DNA from: an uncultured Verrucomicrobiota bacterium
GTDB taxonomy: Bacteria; Verrucomicrobiota; Kiritimatiellia; CAIQIC01; Lenti-01
Length of the DNA: 25,271 bases
NCBI GenBank assembly: GCA_938003985.1
Contig: CALKWZ010000014.1
Span: 1 to 25,271, forward strand
Direction: 5' to 3'
Below, in pieces: positions 7,356 to 15,399 of this stretch (positions are counted from its first letter, which is position 1; every line of letters begins with the position of its first letter). The notes under the pieces were generated by a model that did no database searches, was not told the DNA's origin, and saw nothing but the letters and a program-made list of their open reading frames with translations. A program made the translations under genes and the position numbers.

Positions 7356-9028
7356 AGCCCGTTTGCCTCGTCGCGCAGGAGCTGCTCTCCGCCTATGGGC
7401 GGGGCGTGGCGCGCTGCGCGGACGGCTTGCTGGCCGGCCAAAGCGCCTTGCGGCCGGCGGTTGGCCGGGAGGGGCCGGCCGCGGTGACGGCGCAATTCAC
7501 GGGCGCGATTCCGCCGGGCGAACTGCCGGTTGCCGGAGTCGGCCGGTTCGCGGCGTTGCTGCGCGCGGGAATGGCGGGAATGGACGTGCCGGCGGATGCG
7601 CCCATCTACCTGGCCACGACGGCCGGCGCGGTCGATGAATTGGAATCCGCCGTTTTTGCCGGCGCCGAATTCGCGGGGCAGGGCGGGTTCTCGCAGTTGC
7701 CTGGACTCGCCGCCGCGGCGCTCGGCGTGGCGCCGGAACGGATTCAAGTCGTTTCCTCCGCCTGCGCGTCCTCGACGGCCGCGCTGGCGTTGGCGGCCGG
7801 CGCCATTCGCCGCGGCGAAACCGAATGCGCGCTCGTGGTCGGCGCCGATATCGTGTCGGAATTCGTGCTGGCGGGGTTTTCGGCGTTGATGGCGGTCGAT
7901 CCGGACGGCGCGCATCCGTTCGATGCGGACCGCAAGGGTGTCGCGCTGGGCGAGGCTTTCGCCGCGGCTTTGCTGATGCGCGGCGACCGGGCCGCGCGCG
8001 AAGGTCGGTCTTGCCTCGGCGCGGTGGCGGGCTGGAGCCTGACCTGCGAGGCCAACCACCTGACCGGACCGTCGCGCGACGGCGCGCCGCTGGCGGAGGC
8101 CATTTGCGGCGCTCTGGACATGGCCGGCGCTGCGCCCCTCGACGTGGCCGCCATTTGCGCGCACGGCACGGGGACCGTCTACAACGACCAGATGGAGCTG
8201 CTGGCGTTCCGCCGCGCGTTCGGCGCGGCGCCGCGGCCGACGTTTTCGGTGAAGGGCGGCATGGGCCACGTGCTGGGCGCCGCCGGTTTGGCGGAAGCGC
8301 TGCTCGTGCTGGAATTCCTGCGGCGCGGCCGGGTTCCGCCGACGGTCGGCTTGCGCCGCGCCGCGGACGATGCGGCCGGCTGGGTTTCTGCGGAACCGCG
8401 CCCGGTGGATTCCGCCGGCATCGCGATTTCCACCAATTCGGGCTTCGGCGGAACCAACGCGGCCGTGGCGCTGACCTTGGCGCCGCGCGGTCTTCCGGCT
8501 CCGCAGGCGAAAACGGAGCCGCAACGGGTGAGCACCGTCCGGGTGGCCGCGGCGGATGCCGCGGCGACGCCGGAGGAAACCGCTTCCTTGCCGCGCAATT
8601 TCAACCGGTTCGGACCCGACGTGCGGCGGGCCTATTTCGCCGTGCGCCGGGCTTTGGCCGCGGCCGGCTTGGCGTCCGAAGCCGGGCGCATCGGATTGAT
8701 CGCCTGCGACCGGGCCGGCAGCGAACGGGCCAACTGGGCCTATTTCGCCGATTACGCGAATTCGGGCCGGACGTTGGCGCGCGGCCAGATGTTCGCGTAT
8801 ACTTTGCCGACCGCGATCGCGGCGGAGTGCGCCATCGCCTGCCGGCTGACGGGACCGTTGCTTTCCGTGGCGGCCGCGGACGGCTCGCCGCGCGCCGCCG
8901 AGTGGGCCGCGCGCGGCCTGCTGGCGGACGGATTGTGCGATGCGGTCGTTTTGCTTTCGACGGATTCCGCCGAAACCCACGCGGCGGCGTGGGGCGCGGC
9001 GGGAGCCCAACCCAAGGAACATCCATGA
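7340..9028 (+). CDS. Beta-ketoacyl synthase (Cys-His-His) fused through an Ala/Pro-rich linker to a C-terminal Cys-less KS-N-terminal-like (CLF-like) domain
   Basis: GTG start at 7340, with no in-frame ATG near the N-terminus and GAAAGGGG upstream. KS motifs: VVSSACASS, CAHGTGT, GMGHVLGAAG, SGFGGTNAAV. Linker at about 8485-8590. The C-terminal ~145 aa (RIGLIACD...FAYTLPTAIAAECAIACRLTGPLLSVAAADG...CDAVVLL) parallels the N-terminal half of the CLF-like protein at 14118 and has no Cys at the catalytic position. Confidence 0.8.
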   Translation: MPAGVEPVCLVAQELLSAYGRGVARCADGLLAGQSALRPAVGREGPAAVTAQFTGAIPPGELPVAGVGRFAALLRAGMAGMDVPADAPIYLATTAGAVDELESAVFAGAEFAGQGGFSQLPGLAAAALGVAPERIQVVSSACASSTAALALAAGAIRRGETECALVVGADIVSEFVLAGFSALMAVDPDGAHPFDADRKGVALGEAFAAALLMRGDRAAREGRSCLGAVAGWSLTCEANHLTGPSRDGAPLAEAICGALDMAGAAPLDVAAICAHGTGTVYNDQMELLAFRRAFGAAPRPTFSVKGGMGHVLGAAGLAEALLVLEFLRRGRVPPTVGLRRAADDAAGWVSAEPRPVDSAGIAISTNSGFGGTNAAVALTLAPRGLPAPQAKTEPQRVSTVRVAAADAAATPEETASLPRNFNRFGPDVRRAYFAVRRALAAAGLASEAGRIGLIACDRAGSERANWAYFADYANSGRTLARGQMFAYTLPTAIAAECAIACRLTGPLLSVAAADGSPRAAEWAARGLLADGLCDAVVLLSTDSAETHAAAWGAAGAQPKEHP

Positions 9029-10296
9029 ATTTGAAGCTGATCTATCCGCGCTGGCCGAAGCTGCAGCACCAAACGGAATTCCATTTGCCGCCGCACGGGC
9101 CGGTGTGCTTCGCGGCCACGTTGCCGCCGGACGTCCAGGTGACGTTCGTCGACGAGAACGTGGACCCGCTGGATCTCCAGGATTCGCCGGAACTGGTCGC
9201 GATGTCGGTCATGCTGACCTGCCAGATTCCCCGCGCCTGGGAAATCGCCGACGCCTACCGCGCGCGCGGCATTCCCGTGATCTTCGGCGGCATCGCCACG
9301 ATGCTGCACGCGGAGGAAACGCAGGCCCACGCGACCAGCGTGTTCCTCGGTGAGGCCGAGGGCCGCATGGAACAGGTGCTGGCCGACTTCCGGGCGGGGC
9401 AATTGAAGCCGGTCTACGATTTCCTGCGCAATCCGCCGGACATCCGGCGGGTGGGGCCGGCGCGCCGCGACATCCTCAACCGCCCGCGGTACAACTTCCG
9501 GGGCGTGCAGATGGTCGATCTGATCCACGCCTCGCGCGGCTGCAAGTTCAAGTGTTTCCCGTGCTGCACGCCGTATCTGGGCGGGTGTTCCTTCCGGCCG
9601 CGCCCGCTCGACGTCGTGGTGGCGGAAATGGCCGCGATCCCGAACAACCGGTTCTTCATCGTCGACAATTCGCTGGCGCAGGACGGCAAGTGGGAGAAGG
9701 AACTGTTCAAGGCCATTGCGCCGCTGAAGAAGAAATGGGTGTCGCATCCGATCTACGACACCGACGAAGTGCTGTCGCTGGCGGCGGACGCGGGCTGCTG
9801 GTACGTCTACCAGGCCGTGGCGGGCATCACGCAGGGCATCCGGCGCCGGATCGAACGGCTGCACGCGCACGGCATCGGCATCGAGGGGACGATCCTGCTG
9901 GGGTTGGACGACCAGACCGAAGACGACGTCAAGCGCATGGTCGACTTCCTGCTGGAAATGAAGTTGGACATGGCGGAGTTCACGGTGCTGGTGCCGTTTC
10001 CGCACACGCCGGTGCGCGAGCAGCTGGAGCGCGAAGGGCGCATCCTGCACAACGACTGGGTGCGCTACACCGGGTCGGAAGTGGTTTACCGTCCCGCCAA
10101 GATGTCGCCGGACACGCTTGAAAAGATGTACCACTACGCCTGGGATGCCTTCTACAAGGAAGCCGACGCCGCGACGCGGATGGCGCGCCTGTTCCTGAAG
10201 GTCATCCACAAGGAAATGAAGGACGGCACCAATCCGGACGTCGGCCGGCGCCGCGACCGGAAGGGCTGGGGCGCGGGAGCCGGCGGGGCGCCATGA
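9025..10296 (+). CDS. B12-binding-domain (class B) radical SAM enzyme
   Basis: N-terminal Rossmann-like B12-binding-type region (VAMSVMLTCQIPRAWEIADAYRARGIPVIFGG). CX3CX2C in ASRGCKFKCFPC, with Cys codons at 9541, 9553 and 9562. 423 aa. ATGA overlap with the upstream gene. Confidence 0.8.
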   Translation: MNLKLIYPRWPKLQHQTEFHLPPHGPVCFAATLPPDVQVTFVDENVDPLDLQDSPELVAMSVMLTCQIPRAWEIADAYRARGIPVIFGGIATMLHAEETQAHATSVFLGEAEGRMEQVLADFRAGQLKPVYDFLRNPPDIRRVGPARRDILNRPRYNFRGVQMVDLIHASRGCKFKCFPCCTPYLGGCSFRPRPLDVVVAEMAAIPNNRFFIVDNSLAQDGKWEKELFKAIAPLKKKWVSHPIYDTDEVLSLAADAGCWYVYQAVAGITQGIRRRIERLHAHGIGIEGTILLGLDDQTEDDVKRMVDFLLEMKLDMAEFTVLVPFPHTPVREQLEREGRILHNDWVRYTGSEVVYRPAKMSPDTLEKMYHYAWDAFYKEADAATRMARLFLKVIHKEMKDGTNPDVGRRRDRKGWGAGAGGAP

Positions 10297-11651
10297 AGAT
10301 CCTGCTGGTCGCCTGCAATCCGGTCGTCGCGCCATACCCGGTCTATCCGCTGGGCATGGCGGTGATCGCCAGCGCCCTGAAGCAGGCCGGCCACGACGTG
10401 CGCCAGCACGACATGCTGGCCGGCAGATTTTCGCTGGATACGCTGCGGGAGGTCTTGGCCGCGGATCCACCCGGCCTGATCGGCGTGTCGTTCCGGAATC
10501 TCGACAACGTGAACGCGTGCAACGAAGCGTGGTACGTCGACCAGCTGGCCGAACTGGTGGCGGCGCTGCGCGCGGCGAGTTCCGCGCCGATCCTGTTGGG
10601 CGGTCCGGGTTTTTCCGTGATGCCGGAACAGGTGCTGGCGGCGTCGGGCGCGGATTACGGCGTGGTGGGGGAAGGGGAACGCCTGGTGGTCGAACTGGCG
10701 GATCGGTTGGCGCGCGGGGAGCGTCCGGAGCAGCGCATCTGGCGCGCCGGGGCCTCGCTGGACGCGGCCGGCATGGCGGCGCCCGCCTACGACGAGGCGA
10801 TTTTGGCTTTCTACCAGGGTTCTGGCGGCGTGACGCCGCTGCAAAGCAAGCGCGGTTGCCCGCACCGCTGCGCCTATTGCACCTATCCGCTGCTGGAGGG
10901 CCACCGGCTGCGCCCGCGCGATCCCGAGCAAGTCGTCGACGATATCGTGGCGCTCCAGGCGCGCGGCGCGAAACAGATCTTCTTCACCGATTCGATTTTC
11001 AACGACCAGGCCGGCCAATACCGCGCGCTGGTGGCGGCCATGCGGCGGCGGGGCGTCCAGATTCCCTGGACCGGATTTTTCCGTCCCGAAATGCTGTCGC
11101 CGGAAATCCTCGCGGACATGAAGGCGACGGGACTGAATTCCGTCGAACTGGGCTCCGACGCGACGTCCGACGCGACCCTGCGCGGCATGGGGAAGGATTT
11201 CACCTTCGCGGAGGTCAAGGCCGTTCATGATCGCTTTCTGGCGGCGCAACTGACGGTATCGCACTATTTCATGATGGGCGGTCCCGACGAAAGCCGCGAG
11301 ACGGTGGAAGAGGGCATCGCCAACGTCCTGCAACTGAAAGGCGCCGCCTCGTTCATTTTCCTCGGCGTGCGGATCCTGCCCGATACGCCCTTGGCCGCGC
11401 GGGCGCTGGCCGAGGGCCTGATCGGTCCCGATACCGATCTGCTGCATCCGATCTACTATTTCTCGCCCGCGCTCGATCGGGATTGGCTGCACGAGCGGTT
11501 GCAGGCGGCGTTCAAGCCCCATCGCCACGTGGTGTATCCGCCGGACGCGATGGACAGCGGTTTGGCCTTTTTGCATCGGTTGGGCTACACGGGCATGTCG
11601 ATCGATCTGCTGCTCAAGCGGGGCGACCGGCGCGGCCAGCGCGCGCAATGA
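10293..11651 (+). CDS. B12-binding-domain (class B) radical SAM enzyme. It resembles what I recall being annotated as the lipid biosynthesis B12-binding/radical SAM protein family.
   Basis: MKILLVACNP...YPLGMAVIASALKQAGHDV...IGVSFRNL...LLGGPG forms the B12-binding-like N-terminus. CX3CX2C in KRGCPHRCAYC, with Cys codons at 10857, 10869 and 10878. 452 aa. ATGA overlaps at both ends. Confidence 0.8.
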   Translation: MKILLVACNPVVAPYPVYPLGMAVIASALKQAGHDVRQHDMLAGRFSLDTLREVLAADPPGLIGVSFRNLDNVNACNEAWYVDQLAELVAALRAASSAPILLGGPGFSVMPEQVLAASGADYGVVGEGERLVVELADRLARGERPEQRIWRAGASLDAAGMAAPAYDEAILAFYQGSGGVTPLQSKRGCPHRCAYCTYPLLEGHRLRPRDPEQVVDDIVALQARGAKQIFFTDSIFNDQAGQYRALVAAMRRRGVQIPWTGFFRPEMLSPEILADMKATGLNSVELGSDATSDATLRGMGKDFTFAEVKAVHDRFLAAQLTVSHYFMMGGPDESRETVEEGIANVLQLKGAASFIFLGVRILPDTPLAARALAEGLIGPDTDLLHPIYYFSPALDRDWLHERLQAAFKPHRHVVYPPDAMDSGLAFLHRLGYTGMSIDLLLKRGDRRGQRAQ

Positions 11652-12583
11652 CCATGGCTGCCGCAGAATCCACGGCCACCGCCCCCGCCGCTCCGGCGCG
11701 ACCTCGTCCCCGCGGGCGGGGCAACGCTCTGGGATTCTGGTTTTTCCGGACGGCCCTGCGGCTCACGGGACTGCGGGGAGCCTACGGTCTGCTCTACTTC
11801 GTGGCGCCTTACTATGCCTTGTTCGATCGCGCGGCGATTGCCGCCGCCGGGGCCTATTTGCGGCGCCTCTTTCCGCGGCAATCGCCGTTGGCGCGGCGGC
11901 TGGCGATCTGCCGCCTGTTCATCCGCCAAGGCCAATGCCTCATCGATCGCGGCGCGCACAACGCCGGAGCCGTCGAATTCCGGTTCGACACGGCGCAGGT
12001 GGAGCAAGCCGGCGTCGCGCTGGCGGGGAATCCGGGCGGTTTCATCCTGCTGCTGTCGCATTTCGGCGGCTGGCAACTGGCCTTGCCCCATCTGCGAAAC
12101 CTGACCGCGGCCCGGCCGGTGTCCCTGCTGATGAACGCGGCGGAAACGCCGGACGTGCAGGCGCACGTGCGCGGCGACGACGCCGGATTCAACGTGATAT
12201 CGCCCGATGCCGGACCGGCCTGCGTGGTCGAGATGGTCGCCCGCCTCCAGCAGGGAGAAATCGTGTCCATCATGGGGGATCGCGCCTACGGCGGCCAGAC
12301 CGCGGTCGTGCCGTTTCTGGGCGAACCCGCCCATTTTCCCGCCAGCGCCTTCGCGGTGGCGCGGGCCGCCCAATGCCCGGTGCTGGCCTTGTTCGCCGTC
12401 AAAACCGGCGGCCAAACCTATGCGTTGGAAACGCGCTTGTTTCCGCCGCCCGCCCGGGACGACCGGCAATCGATCCGCAAGGGCGTGGCCGATTACGCCG
12501 CAACGCTCGAGGCGTACGTCCGCCAACATCCCTTTCAAGGTTTCCTTTTCGACGACGTGTGGCGCCATCCGGAGGCCGGCTGA
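11648..12583 (+). CDS. LpxL/HtrB-like (lipid A late acyltransferase family, LPLAT superfamily) acyltransferase
   Basis: 311 aa with a membrane-proximal N-terminus (ALGFWFFRTALRLTGL). LLLSHFGGWQ is the His-containing catalytic block. IMGDRAYGG...VPFLGEPAHFPASAFAVARAAQCPVL has a layout typical of LpxL-type enzymes. Family assigned from recalled motif layout. Confidence 0.65.
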   Translation: MTMAAAESTATAPAAPARPRPRGRGNALGFWFFRTALRLTGLRGAYGLLYFVAPYYALFDRAAIAAAGAYLRRLFPRQSPLARRLAICRLFIRQGQCLIDRGAHNAGAVEFRFDTAQVEQAGVALAGNPGGFILLLSHFGGWQLALPHLRNLTAARPVSLLMNAAETPDVQAHVRGDDAGFNVISPDAGPACVVEMVARLQQGEIVSIMGDRAYGGQTAVVPFLGEPAHFPASAFAVARAAQCPVLALFAVKTGGQTYALETRLFPPPARDDRQSIRKGVADYAATLEAYVRQHPFQGFLFDDVWRHPEAG

Positions 12584-12599
12584 GCCCGGAAACGAGGCT

Positions 12600-12627
12600 T
12601 TGCGCCTTCGGGCAATTGGAGTATAAG
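12600..12627 (+). promoter_or_regulatory. Putative internal sigma70-like promoter in the only sizeable intergenic gap of the first half of the cluster
   Basis: TTGCGC (12600-12605), a 16 nt spacer, then TATAAG (12622-12627), within the 71 nt gap 12584-12654. An AAGGAG RBS lies at 12644-12649 ahead of ATG 12655. Confidence 0.3.
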
Positions 12628-12654
12628 GACCGAAAATCGGATCAAGGAGCGACT

Positions 12655-12933
12655 ATGGACCCCCGCGAGCAAGCCCTGGCAGAAATCAAGAAGAAGCTGA
12701 AAGCCCAGTTGATCGATCACCTGAATCTCCAGGACGTCGCGCCGGAGCAGATTAAAGACGACGATCCGCTGTTCGGCGGCGGGCTGGGCTTGGATTCGCT
12801 GGACGCCGTGGAAATCGTGGTCGTCCTGCAGCGGCATTTCGGGGTGGAAATCAAAGACATGGAAGTCGGCCGCAAGGTCTTCCAGACGGTGAATTCGCTG
12901 GCCGATTTCATCTACGAAAAGACGCATGCCTAG
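12655..12933 (+). CDS. Acyl carrier protein (ACP-2)
   Basis: 92 aa. GLGLDSLDAVEIVVVLQRHF contains the attachment-site Ser. Strong AAGGAG RBS. Confidence 0.9.
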   Translation: MDPREQALAEIKKKLKAQLIDHLNLQDVAPEQIKDDDPLFGGGLGLDSLDAVEIVVVLQRHFGVEIKDMEVGRKVFQTVNSLADFIYEKTHA

Positions 12934-12936
12934 CGC

Positions 12937-14121
12937 ATGCCTCCGGCCGGCATGAAGGCGGAGATCGCGATTTCAGGTCTGGGCGTCGTGTCCGCGGCGG
13001 GCGGCGACGTGGCCGCTTCGCTCCGGACCTTGCGCGCCGGCCGGCGGCCGGAATGGATCGTCTGTCCTTTCGCCAAGCTGCCCGTGGAATTGCCGATGTT
13101 CGCGGTGCCCGGCGGACCCAACGTCGATCGCACGTTCCATCTGGCCATGCAGGCGGTCGGCCAGGCGCTGGCGGATGCCGGACTCGATTCTTTGCCGGAG
13201 GGATTCCGTCTCGGGGTCTGTCTGGGCACGACTGTGGCGTGCCAGTTGAACGACATTCCGTTCTATGCCGAGTATCGCGCCACGGGCAATCCTTCGCTGG
13301 AACCCGTCGAACGGTTTGCGGCGGGCAGCTTGGCCGAACGCGTCGCGCGGGAAACGCGGGCGACCGGTCCGGCCCTGACCGTGGTGAACGCCTGTTCGTC
13401 GGGGACGGACGCCATGGGCGTGGCCATGGCGTGGCTGCGGGCGGGGCGGTGCGATGCGGTTTTGGCCGGCGGGGCGGATGAATTGAGCCCGATTCCCACC
13501 GTGGGCTTCCATGCGCTCGGCTTGACCAGTCCGGAACCGTGCAAGCCTTTCGATCGGACGCGCCGCGGACTGAACCTGGGCGAGGGGGCCGGCATCGTCG
13601 TGCTGGAACGGGCCGACAGCGCCGTCCGGCGCGGCCGGAAAGGCAATCTGTTCGTCGCCGGGTTCGGCGGCGCTTCGGACGGCTATCACCTGACCGCGCC
13701 CCATCCCGAAGGGCTCGGCTTGGAAATTTCCATCCGCGCCGCTCTGAACGAGGCGGGCATCGAACCCGCCGAGGTCGATTTCGTCAACGCCCACGGCACG
13801 TCGACGCCGGAAAACGACCGCATCGAAGGTGCGACGCTGGCCCGGATTTTCGGGGCCGGAGTGCGGGCCATCTCGACGAAGGGCGCCACGGGCCACACGC
13901 TGGGTGCGGCGGGGGGCATCGAAACGGTGTTTACGGCCTTGGCCCTGCGCGAGGGTTGGATTCCGCCCAGCATTGGTTTCGCGGAACGGGACGAGGGGAT
14001 ACCCTTTGCGCCGTTGACGGAAGTTACGCCGGTCGTCCGGCGGCATGCCCTGTCCACCTCGCTGGCGTTCGGCGGCAACAACGCGGTCGTGGTATTGGAG
14101 CGACGGGAGAATCCGGCATGA
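12937..14121 (+). CDS. Beta-ketoacyl-ACP synthase (KS, Cys-His-His; ApeO-like partner of the downstream CLF-like protein)
   Basis: VVNACSSGTDA (Cys), NAHGTSTPEND (His), GATGHTLGAAG (His), LAFGGNNAVVVL. The alternative start ATG 12952 (MKAEIAISGLG) is equally plausible. Confidence 0.9.
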   Translation: MPPAGMKAEIAISGLGVVSAAGGDVAASLRTLRAGRRPEWIVCPFAKLPVELPMFAVPGGPNVDRTFHLAMQAVGQALADAGLDSLPEGFRLGVCLGTTVACQLNDIPFYAEYRATGNPSLEPVERFAAGSLAERVARETRATGPALTVVNACSSGTDAMGVAMAWLRAGRCDAVLAGGADELSPIPTVGFHALGLTSPEPCKPFDRTRRGLNLGEGAGIVVLERADSAVRRGRKGNLFVAGFGGASDGYHLTAPHPEGLGLEISIRAALNEAGIEPAEVDFVNAHGTSTPENDRIEGATLARIFGAGVRAISTKGATGHTLGAAGGIETVFTALALREGWIPPSIGFAERDEGIPFAPLTEVTPVVRRHALSTSLAFGGNNAVVVLERRENPA

Positions 14122-15143
14122 ACCTTGCCGGACTAGGCATCGTGTTTCCCGGCGGAGCGGGCGTGCCCGCGTTGCGGGAGGCGTTGTCCGCCGGCCGCCC
14201 GTTGGTGGGCGAAATGTTGGCCAAAGAACAGGTCCCGGTTTTGAAGGTGCCGGCCGCGGCCCTGACCGGGAATCCCGTGCTGGCGCCGGCCCGGCGGGCG
14301 GATCGCTTCTGCAAGATGACCCTGCTGGCGGCGACGGAAGCGCTGGCCGGCTGCCAAGCGGCGCCGGACCGCATCGGGATCATCCTGGCCACCGCGTTCG
14401 GTCCCCACGGCACGGTGTTCAAGTTCGTGAACGATCTGTTGGAATTCGGCGACGAGCAGGCGTCGCCGACGGTGTTTTCCCAATCCGTCCACGCCGCGGC
14501 GGCCTCGATGGTCGCGGCGGCGGCGCATCTGCACGGTCCGGCGCTGACCGTCGCGGATCTGGCGTTCCCGTTCGAGGAAGCGCTGGCGCTGGCGGATACC
14601 TGGTTGGCCGACGGCCGTTGCGACGCGGTGCTCGCGGGTGCGGTGGACGAAACCTCGGACGTGCTGGCCCACGTGGTCCGGCGCAAATGGGCGCCGGCGC
14701 CCGACGGGATCGCCCGTCCGGCGCAAGCGGGCCAGCCGGCCTACGTGCCCGGCGAGGGCGCCGTGTTCGTGCGCCTGGAACGCGGCAACGGCCCGCTGCT
14801 CACCGTGGCGGATGCGCCGGACGTTTCGGCCGCCGCGAATCTATTCAATGCCGGCGCGCTGGGCGGCGACGACGCGGCGCTCCGCAGGCTGGCGCAATCG
14901 GCCGTTTCCGCGCAAACGTTCGTGTCGCTGCTCGGCAACGTCCGCATCGGCAGCGCCTTCCATTTGGCGGTCGCCGGACTGATGCGCCAAGACGACCGAT
15001 TCTACCCCGACGTGCTGCCGGCGGACCAAACCGGGTTTTCCGGCGGCGGGACCGGTGCGCCCAAGGGACCGATCCAAGTGATTTCCGCATGCGGATCGCG
15101 CGTTCGCGCGATATCGCTCCAGGCGCATGGCGAACGAGGATGA
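14118..15143 (+). CDS. KS-like protein lacking the active-site Cys and His residues (chain-length-factor-like)
   Basis: ATGA overlap with the KS. It shows thiolase-fold-like sequence (RIGIILATAFGP...SPTVFSQSVHAAAASMVAAAAHLHGPALTV...CDAVLAGAVDE). The catalytic position reads ADLAFP rather than a Cys, and no HGTGT or GH motifs are present. Confidence 0.75.
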   Translation: MNLAGLGIVFPGGAGVPALREALSAGRPLVGEMLAKEQVPVLKVPAAALTGNPVLAPARRADRFCKMTLLAATEALAGCQAAPDRIGIILATAFGPHGTVFKFVNDLLEFGDEQASPTVFSQSVHAAAASMVAAAAHLHGPALTVADLAFPFEEALALADTWLADGRCDAVLAGAVDETSDVLAHVVRRKWAPAPDGIARPAQAGQPAYVPGEGAVFVRLERGNGPLLTVADAPDVSAAANLFNAGALGGDDAALRRLAQSAVSAQTFVSLLGNVRIGSAFHLAVAGLMRQDDRFYPDVLPADQTGFSGGGTGAPKGPIQVISACGSRVRAISLQAHGERG

Positions 15144-15399
15144 TATGGCGACGACCCCTGACGAAACGTTGTTGAAGCTGAAGGAACACGTGGCTTTCCT
15201 GCTGGGCGTGGAAGCCTCCGGCATCGCCGCCGACCAACCCCTGCACCTGCTCGGAATCGATTCGATGGGGTTCGTCGATCTGCTGGTGTTCATCGAAAAG
15301 CAATTCGGCCTGTCGCTGATGAACTCCGGCCTGTCCCAGGACGATTTCGCCTCGCTGGCGGTTCTGGCGGGCCGGATCGCCGGGGCCCGGCCATCATGA
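15127..15399 (+). CDS. Acyl carrier protein (ACP-3)
   Basis: LLGIDSMGFVDLLVFIEKQF contains the attachment-site Ser. The alternative start ATG 15145 lies just after the upstream stop and is preceded by GAGGA. Confidence 0.85.
   Translation: MANEDDMATTPDETLLKLKEHVAFLLGVEASGIAADQPLHLLGIDSMGFVDLLVFIEKQFGLSLMNSGLSQDDFASLAVLAGRIAGARPS

Noticed and set aside
1423-11648. A series of long minus-strand ORFs (1423-2859, 2844-4166, 5145-6461, 7196-9022, 8752-10470, 10152-11648)
   Set aside because: Same reasoning: all are antisense to motif-supported + strand genes and overlap one another. They lack RBS or start context and any family signature.
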